A DNA stretch of 64,000 nt from a phage: sequence record PZ386967.1. The stretch is one strand, 5' to 3'. The notes under the pieces were generated by a model. The model had not been told where the DNA came from. It was given only the letters and a program-made list of their open reading frames with translations, and ran no database searches. Positions 8,889-17,850 of the stretch are shown here, piece by piece (positions within the stretch are counted from its first letter, which is position 1; every line of letters starts with the position of its first letter). Made by a program: the position numbers and the translations under genes.

Positions 8889-10229
8889 TTATAGGCCAAG
8901 AGCCTTTTCAAGGTCATCAAGGTCTTCAGTGTAAAGATCGATGTCCTCTTTCTTACTTAATTCCTTGTGCTGTGCTTCAAGGTTCTCAATCTGCTTGAGT
9001 AGGCGCTCACGGGCATCCAGAGTAATAGACGACAGAGGCATCTTGAACAACTCGTCAAGATCACCACCAAAGTCCGGGTAGTCCTGCATGAACAGAGACT
9101 TCAGCACGTCAATCTTTTGGCGGAGATCAACACGCGTCGCCCATTCAATGAACACCGCCCGGTCACCCAGCTTGCGGATCCTGTCTGCCATGTCCTTCAA
9201 CAGATACTGGCGACGGTCTTCATACCGTGACAGGCGATAATTGAAGAACGGCAGCAACATGTCCCGCCAACCAGAATAACGATGAATGACCCCGTCTTCA
9301 TCCCAGGCCGTCCAAACAGGCTTGTTGGCTGAATACAACTTGAACATCTGCTCAACCTGATTATCATCCAGCTTGGACAGTTCGCCGCGCTTAAACACAA
9401 CCGTGATATCCCAGCCATCTTCCGTCGTGTCGTTGGCGTACTCGGTGAGGATACCTGCCTTGTACAGAGGCAGCAACACCTTGGTCTCATAGGTCTTGGC
9501 AAACCAACCCACTGGGACTTCGGTGATATGCAGGGTCGTGGCATTGACGCGACGGAAGATGCCGCGACTGTATGCTCTTCCTTCCTCAGTATAGCCTGTC
9601 TCTCCTTTGAAGCCGTTCCAGTACGGTTTTAAGTCTTTCGGGTCTTCGCCACGGAGAAGCGCTCTCAGGGCATTCAGCACGGACTTAACGCAATGACACG
9701 GGGTGTCGGTGGAATATCCGGTGCCGATACCATTGATCCCATTCACCAGGAACATGGGTAGGATGGGCAGAAAGAACTTCGGCTCCAGTCTTTCTTCACC
9801 AAGGTAGTTGTATTCCAAAATACCCTCATCCTCCTTGCGGAAGATCTTGCGGATAACGTCAGATACAGCGACGGATATGTATCGGGCAGATGAAGCATCA
9901 CGCCCCATGATAGAACCAAACTGGCCATCGCGGTCAAAGTACGGGATGTTGTTCGTGCCTGGGAACCCCTGAGCCATGTTCACGATAGTGCCGCTCATGT
10001 TCTCACCACCAGACTTGTAGTTGGTGCGAGCGGCGGCGAACATACCAAGGCGGTCAACAATCTCCTCCTTGTTGTACTCAAGAGCAGCGAAAAGGATCTT
10101 GCGCTGGCTTGGCTTGAGGCTGTCGATCAGCTGAGGGATTTGACGGATGCTGTTGACCACAGAAAACTGCTTATGGTCAGTGTTGACAAAGTCCGTTACA
10201 GTAATGCTCTTAGCAACCATCTTATTCAT
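8889..10229 (-). CDS. 52: DNA topoisomerase II medium subunit (GyrA-like, gp52-like)
   Basis: DSLKPSQRKILFAA matches the GyrA/ParC DNA-gate region; start moved to ATG 10229, overlapping the stop of the large-subunit gene. Confidence 0.8.
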   Translation of the reverse strand: MNKMVAKSITVTDFVNTDHKQFSVVNSIRQIPQLIDSLKPSQRKILFAALEYNKEEIVDRLGMFAAARTNYKSGGENMSGTIVNMAQGFPGTNNIPYFDRDGQFGSIMGRDASSARYISVAVSDVIRKIFRKEDEGILEYNYLGEERLEPKFFLPILPMFLVNGINGIGTGYSTDTPCHCVKSVLNALRALLRGEDPKDLKPYWNGFKGETGYTEEGRAYSRGIFRRVNATTLHITEVPVGWFAKTYETKVLLPLYKAGILTEYANDTTEDGWDITVVFKRGELSKLDDNQVEQMFKLYSANKPVWTAWDEDGVIHRYSGWRDMLLPFFNYRLSRYEDRRQYLLKDMADRIRKLGDRAVFIEWATRVDLRQKIDVLKSLFMQDYPDFGGDLDELFKMPLSSITLDARERLLKQIENLEAQHKELSKKEDIDLYTEDLDDLEKALGL

Positions 10230-12131
10230 CCTCAGTTTCAAACAGGCAAACATCGCTAAACCAGGTTTTACGGTAATCGGCAGCCTCATCACCGAAGCCA
10301 TTCTTCAGTGACTGTTGGTAGCCATCGTCCAGCGTGACCGTCGTAGTATACGCATCTAGGTTGTTTAGAATACGTTTGAAGTCTTCAGTGCTGTTACCAC
10401 CAAGACCTTTCAGATATTTCTTCTTCGTGATCTTCTTGGCATCAGGCGTCTTCAGGAACTCCTCATACTCGGCGTTGTTCATGAACTCATGCATCACCTT
10501 ACCACACCACACACGCATGTAAGGGGTGCGCAGGAGCTTCAGCCTGCCCTGACGGACATACTCCGGCCAGTAGGTGCAATACAGGGTGATCAACAACCCA
10601 CGGATGTGGATGCCGTCATCGTCCGCATCGGTAGCCACAACAGTCTGTGGGTAACGGGTGATATCAAGGGGCTGGCCTGGCACTGCGCCGCCATGGATCG
10701 TACACAGGTTCTTGAACTCTTCATTGTTCATCACCTTTGAGCGCGGGGCGTTCAGGCAGTTGATGAACTTACCACGAAGCGGGAACAACCCGATCTTCTT
10801 GGTGTCGCGGGCGTTCAGGATAGGATTGGAGGCACTATCACCCTCTGTCAGCAACAGGGAGCATCCGCTGCGGTCACCACGGGCGGTCGCCGGGTAATAC
10901 TTCTCAATCTCACGATAATCCCGCTTGCTGATGTCCTTCTTGGCCTTTTCAAACTCAGCATCATCCTGCTCATTGCGCAGGGAAGCCAGTTCTTTGCTCA
11001 GACCAGCTGTAACGAACTCAAGCGCCTTGCGGATCAGTTTATCACTGGGCTTGTACGACGTACCGAACTGGCTGACAGGAGTGGTCATGCGCTCCTTGGT
11101 CTGGCTGTCAAAGCGCGGGTTGTTGATGTCGGCAGCGATGAACAAGGACATGTGGTTCTTGATCATTGCTGGCTTCAGTTCGGTCTTGAACTTCTTCACC
11201 AGCTGGGGACGAATCGCTGCCACGATCTGGTCAGCAACATAATCAACGTGAGGACCACCGATGTGGGTGGCAATAGAGTTCACGTATGATGCGTGCATGA
11301 ACGTACCGGATGAAGGGGCTACAGCAACAGACCAATCCCCGGTTTCGTCAACAGCCGAACCAGCATGGAAGTAATCAACGAAGTGGCCAAAGCGGTCAAT
11401 CCGGATTTGCTTCCCGTTGAGAACAATCTTCAGGCGCGGGTTACACGCAGCCACTTCAAACGCGCGGCGATAGATCATCAGCAGGTTGTTCTGGTCAAGT
11501 CCTTTGACGCCCAGACGAGCATAGTCAGGGATCCAGGCGATGGATGTGCCAGGACTGTTCACGTTGCTGATGACTGGGTTAGATTTCTTGCTCATGTTGT
11601 CTTCAAACGTCTGAGTATAAGACTTCTTGCCGTCATTAGTCGTGACGCGGAACCATTTGGAGAACACGTTGACGAGGGACGCCCCTTCGCCATTCTGACC
11701 ACCGGACTTCTGGTTGTTGTACTCTTCGTCTTCGTCGTTGAAGTTCGATCCCGCATATAGAGAGCCGAACAACATTTCAGGAAGCCACTCGTTGGTGACG
11801 CCATGCTTGACCACAGGGATACCCCCGTTGTCAGCAACGATGATTTGACCGTTCATCGGGGAAACTGTGACGGTGATTTCCGTCAGGGATTTGCCCTCAG
11901 GGGTCTTGCTGTGTCAACACAGTTGGTGATGATTTCATCAAACTGTTTGATCAGCGCGGGGGAGTACTCAAAGTTGTCACGGAAGATGACTTTGTCCTTA
12001 GTTGGGTCATACACCCACACCGTCCCCACAGACGAACGAATACTGCCCAGATGACGCTCTGGGCGGAGTAGGATATGCTCAACGTGAGTGAGCTTCTTGT
12101 ACTTGCGTTCAATATCAATTTTGTTGGACAT
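10222..12131 (-). CDS. 39: DNA topoisomerase II large subunit (GyrB-like, gp39/gp60-like), interrupted by a frame change near 11886-11913
   Basis: N-terminal ORF 11883..12131 (EHILLRPERHLGS, DEIITNCVDTA = GHKL N-box) and ORF 10222..11856 (ADNGGIP, GEGASLVNVFS, LLTEGDSA Toprim) lie in different frames; the conserved strand KSLTEITVTVSP is readable only in the downstream frame upstream of its first Met. Confidence 0.8.
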
Positions 12132-12180
12132 CGGCCTATCCCGTCAATGGTAAACACACAAGATTATGTATGGGGTCGGC

Positions 12181-12762
12181 TTATAGACCAAATTTGCTAC
12201 GCCACTTTTCAACCTTGTGTTCAATAGCGTGCTCCACTTTAATGCGAGTGGCCATCAAAGAGGATCCATGGATCGCCCCTTCCCCACACCCCATGCGCGC
12301 AACATGCTTGATTAGGTCATTGACGAGTTGATCCAATCTGTCTTGACTGCGATAAGGCTGGTTGCACAACCGGATAATCCGGCCATGATAATGATGGATA
12401 AGATTCAGATGCTTTTGAGGATCACGATCAATCAGACGGAACCAGTCTTCTTCCAACAGATTAGAAGAAATATCGTTCACTGTCGCCATGTGGTTGATGA
12501 CAGAGTCGATCATTTCGGCCTTGTTCATAGAGCCGCGCATTTGGACGTCGTCATAATCCATGACGTACAGAAGGTCAATAGCAGAGATAATGACATCAGC
12601 AACTTCGCCATTCAACGGCTCAGAAGATACTATGCCATGAAACACATCAGACAGTTCACAGATCTCTTCACCTAGTTTGTTCAGAACAAACACAGGCGAG
12701 CGGTCTGGGGTATGAGCAGTGCAGTCATAAGAAGCGTCGACGATAGTGTGTAGAAATTTCAT
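12181..12762 (-). CDS. MazG-like nucleotide pyrophosphohydrolase
   Basis: LNKLGEEICEL...EVADVIISAIDL resembles the MazG EExxE/D motif; ATG with AAGGAA SD. Confidence 0.5.
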   Translation of the reverse strand: MKFLHTIVDASYDCTAHTPDRSPVFVLNKLGEEICELSDVFHGIVSSEPLNGEVADVIISAIDLLYVMDYDDVQMRGSMNKAEMIDSVINHMATVNDISSNLLEEDWFRLIDRDPQKHLNLIHHYHGRIIRLCNQPYRSQDRLDQLVNDLIKHVARMGCGEGAIHGSSLMATRIKVEHAIEHKVEKWRSKFGL

Positions 12763-13262
12763 TTCAAAGTTCCTTGTATGCGGAGACGATTAATGTGGGC
12801 AATGATATAGTCCATAGAGTTTTGAAAACTGTATTTCCCGTTCTGAACGTATGCATGGATCAGGGGTAGGCGACTGTACGCCAATCTGATCTTCAGACGT
12901 TCAGGCATTGTCTGGAGTTTCATACTAGTTGCAAATAGGATATCGCGCTTGAATTCTTCGGTAGACGGGTCCAGGACAATGACGCGGGAAGCCGCCAATC
13001 CCTGTCCATATTGCTTGGCCTCATAACCGTCGAGCAGGCGCAGGTTGTCATCCCTATACTTCAGCCAATACCAGTACCCCTCCATGGAGTTAAACACACC
13101 ATGTTCATGGGTAGTCATTGGATGATGGGTAAAATGCGAGAGGAAGCGCCCGAGTTCCGTCTGGCTCCGGCTGTAGATGTTGAAGTGATTCTTACCCTCT
13201 GTTGCAGGGGTCATCTTGTTCTGTGGAACGCTCATTAACAGCATCATGATGTAGTTTCTCAA
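12759..13262 (-). CDS. hypothetical protein
   Basis: 167-aa ORF (start uncertain); stop overlaps the MazG-like start (ATGA). Confidence 0.45.
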   Translation of the reverse strand: MRNYIMMLLMSVPQNKMTPATEGKNHFNIYSRSQTELGRFLSHFTHHPMTTHEHGVFNSMEGYWYWLKYRDDNLRLLDGYEAKQYGQGLAASRVIVLDPSTEEFKRDILFATSMKLQTMPERLKIRLAYSRLPLIHAYVQNGKYSFQNSMDYIIAHINRLRIQGTLK

Positions 13263-13289
13263 ATCAAAGTATTGCTGTGTGTAGCCAGT

Positions 13290-13487
13290 TTATTTCTTCA
13301 CACACCCCAAATAGGAGCAGAGTAAACCGACAACAGAAAATATAATGGCAAGAAGGTAACGAGTCACCTGCATTTGTGGTGTTGTAAGCAGGCCGATAAC
13401 GCTTTCGAGCGCCAGGAACAAACACACCCCAGCGATTACACCGAATTTGAACGAATTACGTTCTCTGTTAATTCTGAACTTGTACAT
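13290..13487 (-). CDS. small membrane protein
   Basis: 65-aa ORF with two hydrophobic helices; AGGAGG SD. Confidence 0.4.
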   Translation of the reverse strand: MYKFRINRERNSFKFGVIAGVCLFLALESVIGLLTTPQMQVTRYLLAIIFSVVGLLCSYLGCVKK

Positions 13488-13536
13488 TGCGCACCTCCTG
13501 TTAGGGAAATAGGGGAGTTTCCTCCCCTATAACTAT

Positions 13537-14037
13537 CTAGCCCAGAAACACTACTAAAGTCAAATTAGTGAGGGCGCTGCGGCCTTCCCGCAGCATTTCA
13601 TGCGCAGATGCAAGGCGCTTGGGGTCATGCAACGTATCAGAGAACACGATGATGTTTGCTTTATCGATGCCCGTGCCCATGTAATGGGAGATGGTTGTCG
13701 TGTGCTGTTTCTTGTCTACATCGGGCAATGATACATCCGCGCCTGCTCGGGAGCGGAAGAAAGAATCGCGTTCACTAACGCTATGGAAGACACCCATGAT
13801 GTTGAGGTTGTTCTCTGTCTGGAAATCATAGGACAGAATCTTCTTCAGCGCGGCGGTGTGCCCAGTCTGGCGCAGCATGCGATAGTACAGTATGTTTCCA
13901 GAACAGGTGGGGTCCGTCACACCTCCCCTCGATTGGCGATCTTTCTGGATTTCATACGCATCCAGGATAAGTTGTTGGACCATTTCAATATGGGCAGTCA
14001 GGGAGATTTCGACTTTACGTTTGACCATGGATTTCAT
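13537..14037 (-). CDS. hypothetical protein
   Basis: Start moved to ATG 14037 with GAGGA SD; 166 aa. Confidence 0.45.
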   Translation of the reverse strand: MKSMVKRKVEISLTAHIEMVQQLILDAYEIQKDRQSRGGVTDPTCSGNILYYRMLRQTGHTAALKKILSYDFQTENNLNIMGVFHSVSERDSFFRSRAGADVSLPDVDKKQHTTTISHYMGTGIDKANIIVFSDTLHDPKRLASAHEMLREGRSALTNLTLVVFLG

Positions 14038-14104
14038 TTGGTGTATCCTCAGATAGGTTCCGCTCATGGGGAACGGTTCCATTATACACCAAATGCTGGA
14101 AATG

Positions 14105-14130
14105 AAAAAGAGGCCGGAGCCTCTTTTGTT
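14105..14130. terminator. bidirectional terminator-like hairpin
   Basis: Hairpin AGAGGC-CGGA-GCCTCT flanked by an A-run and a T-run. Confidence 0.45.
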
Positions 14131-14155
14131 AACCCATGATCATCGCGTTCATGGC

Positions 14156-14389
14156 TCATTCCTCTTCATATTTGCCTGTCCTGAAGTTCCACTTTCGCGC
14201 ATTCTTCAGGTCGAGGTCTTTGAAGATGTTTCCAAAGATCTTTTGGAAGGAGGTCTGCTCTTGTTCTTCCTCAAGATCCTTGGGCTTCTTGACAGGCTCT
14301 TTCACCATACCGCCTTCGGGTTTCCCCACATCGGCGGTCGTGGTTCCAGGGGCTGCTGAGTCTTCAAGGAAGTCCTGGAAGCCTTTCAT
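14156..14389 (-). CDS. hypothetical acidic/lysine-rich small protein
   Basis: Start moved to ATG 14389, 3 nt after the stop of the Ig-like gene; 77 aa. Confidence 0.4.
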   Translation of the reverse strand: MKGFQDFLEDSAAPGTTTADVGKPEGGMVKEPVKKPKDLEEEQEQTSFQKIFGNIFKDLDLKNARKWNFRTGKYEEE

Positions 14390-14391
14390 GA

Positions 14392-15201
14392 TTAGACCGC
14401 AGCCATTTCGCAACGAGTAGAGGTCACAGAGTGGCCGTCAGCGTCTTCAACAACACACCAGTACTCACCCTCGTTTTCGGCAGCAACTGCAGTGATAACC
14501 AGGCTCGCAGTTGCAGCAGTGGGGTTAGTGCCAGCATCGATCACCTCACCTTCACCACCAGGGACATCAGAGAAGTACCAAGTATGTGTGTATGGGGTAG
14601 TGCCGCCTGTAGCAGCGATGGTGAAGGTTGCGGATTCACCTGTTGTTACATCCTGAGAAGCAGCCAGATCGGTAGACAGAGACAGAGCGCCAGCCACTGT
14701 GATGACGGTAGAGTCAGTGTGGTCACCTTCGATGGTTACACCGTAAACAGTCACTGAACCCGGTGCCAGCAGCTTGAATTTACCACCACCGATGTGCACA
14801 GCTTTGGTCAGATCGCCAGAGTACCAGTTGACACCCTGGTAGGTCGCGTTCTCCGGAGCGACGACCGCCTTCAGTTCAACAACCTGACCGACTTCACCAT
14901 TAGCAGTTTCAGGGGTGATGGTCAGGCCAGTGGTCAGCACAGCGCTTGGGTCGTGGATTTCATAAGACAGCTGGAAGCCAACGGGCTTGGTTGGATCCAC
15001 TTTGGTGACGCCATCGGCCTGCAAATTGCTCTTGGTCAGCAGTGCATCCAGACCTTTACACTCAGTCAGGATCTCGTCTGGGTCTTGGTTAAGACTGGTC
15101 TTTTCCCAACCACGAGCAGTACCTGTTACAGTGTGAAGACGCTCAGTTTCCGGTTTGTTGCGAACAACTTCCGGTGCTACTAATACAGTGATCGTTGGCA
15201 T
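14392..15201 (-). CDS. Ig-like domain protein (possible capsid decoration or adhesin, Hoc-like)
   Basis: Two beta-rich repeats with Ig-like signatures (GEYWCVVEDADG resembles the I-set Y-x-C motif); start moved to ATG 15201 with GGAGGAA SD. Confidence 0.5.
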   Translation of the reverse strand: MPTITVLVAPEVVRNKPETERLHTVTGTARGWEKTSLNQDPDEILTECKGLDALLTKSNLQADGVTKVDPTKPVGFQLSYEIHDPSAVLTTGLTITPETANGEVGQVVELKAVVAPENATYQGVNWYSGDLTKAVHIGGGKFKLLAPGSVTVYGVTIEGDHTDSTVITVAGALSLSTDLAASQDVTTGESATFTIAATGGTTPYTHTWYFSDVPGGEGEVIDAGTNPTAATASLVITAVAAENEGEYWCVVEDADGHSVTSTRCEMAAV

Positions 15202-15572
15202 GGTTTCCTCCACTCATCCAAATCGTTGTTCAGAGCCATCATCAGCTCATTATCTGGTTCGTATGAACCGGAACATAAATCATCGCGCCATACGCCTAAT
15301 GTCAACAAAGCAGCCTTGAGGCGTGGCAACTGGGGCTTATCCACCTTCAAAACGAGCATACGGCAAGCGGCCTCTGTTTCGAACGTATTGAAGACGGTAA
15401 TCAATTGATTGAGAATCAACCGAGGACTCTTACCAGGGACAAATCTCTTCAATGATTGATTAATTAGCGAAATCCGCTGAATGTCTACCAGCAGTTCATC
15501 CCACGAGACAGAATCTACAATATAATGCCTCAGTGCATAATCCATCAAGTTGCTTTCGTCAACGATAGGCAT
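15180..15572 (-). CDS. hypothetical protein
   Basis: 130-aa ORF, ATG start. Confidence 0.4.
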   Translation of the reverse strand: MPIVDESNLMDYALRHYIVDSVSWDELLVDIQRISLINQSLKRFVPGKSPRLILNQLITVFNTFETEAACRMLVLKVDKPQLPRLKAALLTLGVWRDDLCSGSYEPDNELMMALNNDLDEWRKPCQRSLY

Positions 15573-15602
15573 ATTGAATAAGTTCAGCTGTTGTACATCG
15601 GC

Positions 15603-16028
15603 TTATTTAATCTGCAATTTTTCGATCAGCTTCGCAATCAGCTGAATGCGATCTTCTTCTGTGATACCCAGCGGCGCAGCCAACAACTTGAGATCATCTT
15701 CACCCAGCAGGTTCAGAGTCTCGACTGTGATGTTGGTTTCAATCACAGCCCCGGTTTCAAACGGCTTGCCGAACTTGTCGCGACCATAACGCTTGAGGGT
15801 CGCAGCCAGCCCTGGAAGCTCCTGGAGGAGTTCCTTCGTGCCGTCTTGGTATTCGCACACCCAACCGTACCCGCCAGCGTAGACGACGCCTCCGTCTCCC
15901 CCTGGAGGGATGTTATCGATGGCGCGTTGTAGGTAGGTAGGCAACACACCTTCCTCCTTCGCCTGGATGTCATCGACTGGGGCTTCAGTTTTAATTTCAA
16001 CTTTCTTGACTTCAGGTTTCTTCGCCAT
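15603..16028 (-). CDS. hypothetical protein
   Basis: 141-aa ORF, ATG start; lysine-rich N-terminus, Gly-rich core. Confidence 0.45.
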   Translation of the reverse strand: MAKKPEVKKVEIKTEAPVDDIQAKEEGVLPTYLQRAIDNIPPGGDGGVVYAGGYGWVCEYQDGTKELLQELPGLAATLKRYGRDKFGKPFETGAVIETNITVETLNLLGEDDLKLLAAPLGITEEDRIQLIAKLIEKLQIK

Positions 16029-16214
16029 GTTTGGTTCTCCTATAGACTGTTACGTATTTACCACAGCAATTGCAGCAGTATACGTGCATCGCGTATCCTT
16101 CGTCTGTGAAGTCGCAACCACCACAGCGACAGAACAATTTCACGAACTGTTGGTCATGAACTTCACGGGGAGGGAATTGTTTGTGGGAGTATTCCCTGGT
16201 CTCGCCTTCGAACT

Positions 16215-16238
16215 GAAAAGGAGGCCGGAGCCTCCTTG
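16215..16238 (-). terminator. rho-independent terminator after rIIB
   Basis: Hairpin GGAGGC-CGGA-GCCTCC followed by a U-run on the minus strand, 16 nt after the rIIB stop. Confidence 0.5.
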
Positions 16239-16253
16239 GTGGATGGGGTTTGG

Positions 16254-17819
16254 TTACTTGTACAGGCCTGTCACGTCAATGGACTTGTGCTGGCGGTTGT
16301 ACTCGGCGGTGTAATCATCCAACACCAGGTATTCACAGCAGCGGATTTTGCTTGAACCAAAATCATCGGTGACCGACACGATGTCACGCGGGTTCAGCTT
16401 ACAGCGAACGACACGCTGTCCCACAGAACCGAAACACTCCTTCAGGTAGGCCAGGGAGCACACATGCAGACCATATGAACACAGTTCGGAGTTGTTGTCG
16501 TTCACGAATGAGCGAGCCATGCGCACGATAGTGCCTGGGGCGTTGCTGATCGTGTTGCTATGCTTGTCCATGTAGTTGCCGCGCACCGATTTGTAGAGGA
16601 TGATGTCACCATCTTCGTCAATTTCGATGTCAGAGTACGCCATGAACTCGTAGATGCGCCCAGACTGAACCAGAGAAGCTGACGGGTTCTGGAACATTTT
16701 GTCCATAAACTTCGCCATGCGGTCCAGGTTGTGGAAGTCACCCTTCAGCATCAGCGCCAGTACACGCTTGGCGATGGATGTGCCTGTGATGTCATGACCG
16801 GACCAGCGGACACGGTTGTCAGACACGTCTACCAGACCAGCAGCGTACTTCGCGATGGCTTCACGAGGACGCATCAGCGAGTATGCCAGCTTCACGTCTT
16901 TGTCTTTGATCGCCTGTACGATGCGGTCATAGGCCGGGTGTGAAGTGGTGATCGTTTCCGGCTTGCCGTCAATCGCGATAACAACGCTGTCAGGCAGAAT
17001 CAGGATCTGGTGTTCGTTCAGGAACACGTCCAGGTCTTTCGCGCCGAAGTCCTGCTTGGTCTTCTTATCATCAGCCACTTCTTCAACGTCTTTGACAGCG
17101 ACGGCGAATTCTACAGAAGACAGAGCCAGACGCAGGGTGCGACCGAGGATGCCATCAAAGTAACCAACACGGCGACGGGCATCCAAGGATCCACGGATAG
17201 GATAGGTTTCCCCGTCAACCACAACGCTGATTTCAACGTTGCTCGGAACTTTGTCCGCACCTTCTGACAGTGCCACAGAAATTTCTGCCATCTCGCCGAT
17301 AGCTTCAACATCGAAAGCGCAACTATCACCTTCCACAGGAGTCAATTCAGACTTTTCAAAGAAAGCCCCTTTGAAATTGCCGTCGTTAGTGAGACACAGA
17401 TACTTGTTGTGGTTCGGCAGATATGCCCCAACATACCATTCTGTGCCATCTTTGTCTTTGGCCGTGCCGCCCGGTTGGACCTCGAATACTTCTTGTTCTT
17501 CCGGCTTGATAGGAGAGATCACAGTTACCTTGTTTTTCTCCTCGGTAATCCGGACCAACAGAGCGCGAGCAATGGTCTTGGCGGACACACCGTACACCTT
17601 GGCCAAGAATGCATTGCTGACATTACCTGCCGCCGAATCCCTTTGGATATTGGCGATCTGATCTGTTGTCAGGGATTTCAGCGAAGTAGGGTCAACACCA
17701 ATTTCCGTGTCGGAAACACGTTGTACAGTCGAGCGGGGTATGCCCAACAGAGTAGCAATTGCGCTCTGGCTTTTGCCTTCCTTCAAATACTTCAGGATCT
17801 TTTCGTCAATCTTGTTCAT
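16254..17819 (-). CDS. rIIB: rIIB-like membrane-associated protein
   Basis: N-terminal HTH and C-terminal GLHVCS...RVVRCKLNPRDIVSV closely resemble recalled T4 rIIB (GLHVCSKSY...RVVKVKVHPRDVVSI); start moved to ATG 17819 (start uncertain). Confidence 0.85.
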   Translation of the reverse strand: MNKIDEKILKYLKEGKSQSAIATLLGIPRSTVQRVSDTEIGVDPTSLKSLTTDQIANIQRDSAAGNVSNAFLAKVYGVSAKTIARALLVRITEEKNKVTVISPIKPEEQEVFEVQPGGTAKDKDGTEWYVGAYLPNHNKYLCLTNDGNFKGAFFEKSELTPVEGDSCAFDVEAIGEMAEISVALSEGADKVPSNVEISVVVDGETYPIRGSLDARRRVGYFDGILGRTLRLALSSVEFAVAVKDVEEVADDKKTKQDFGAKDLDVFLNEHQILILPDSVVIAIDGKPETITTSHPAYDRIVQAIKDKDVKLAYSLMRPREAIAKYAAGLVDVSDNRVRWSGHDITGTSIAKRVLALMLKGDFHNLDRMAKFMDKMFQNPSASLVQSGRIYEFMAYSDIEIDEDGDIILYKSVRGNYMDKHSNTISNAPGTIVRMARSFVNDNNSELCSYGLHVCSLAYLKECFGSVGQRVVRCKLNPRDIVSVTDDFGSSKIRCCEYLVLDDYTAEYNRQHKSIDVTGLYK

Positions 17820-17850
17820 CTTGTAGTTCCCACGTTGGTTAACAGGACTA

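Noticed and set aside
11856-11920. T4 gene-60-style translational bypass (ribosome hop) across the topoisomerase frame break
   Set aside because: A hop from CCC-TGA to the downstream CCG-ATG would delete the conserved KSLTEITVTVSP strand, which is encoded in the -1 frame across the gap. A simple one-nucleotide frame change (error, mutation or -1 slip) explains the sequence better.
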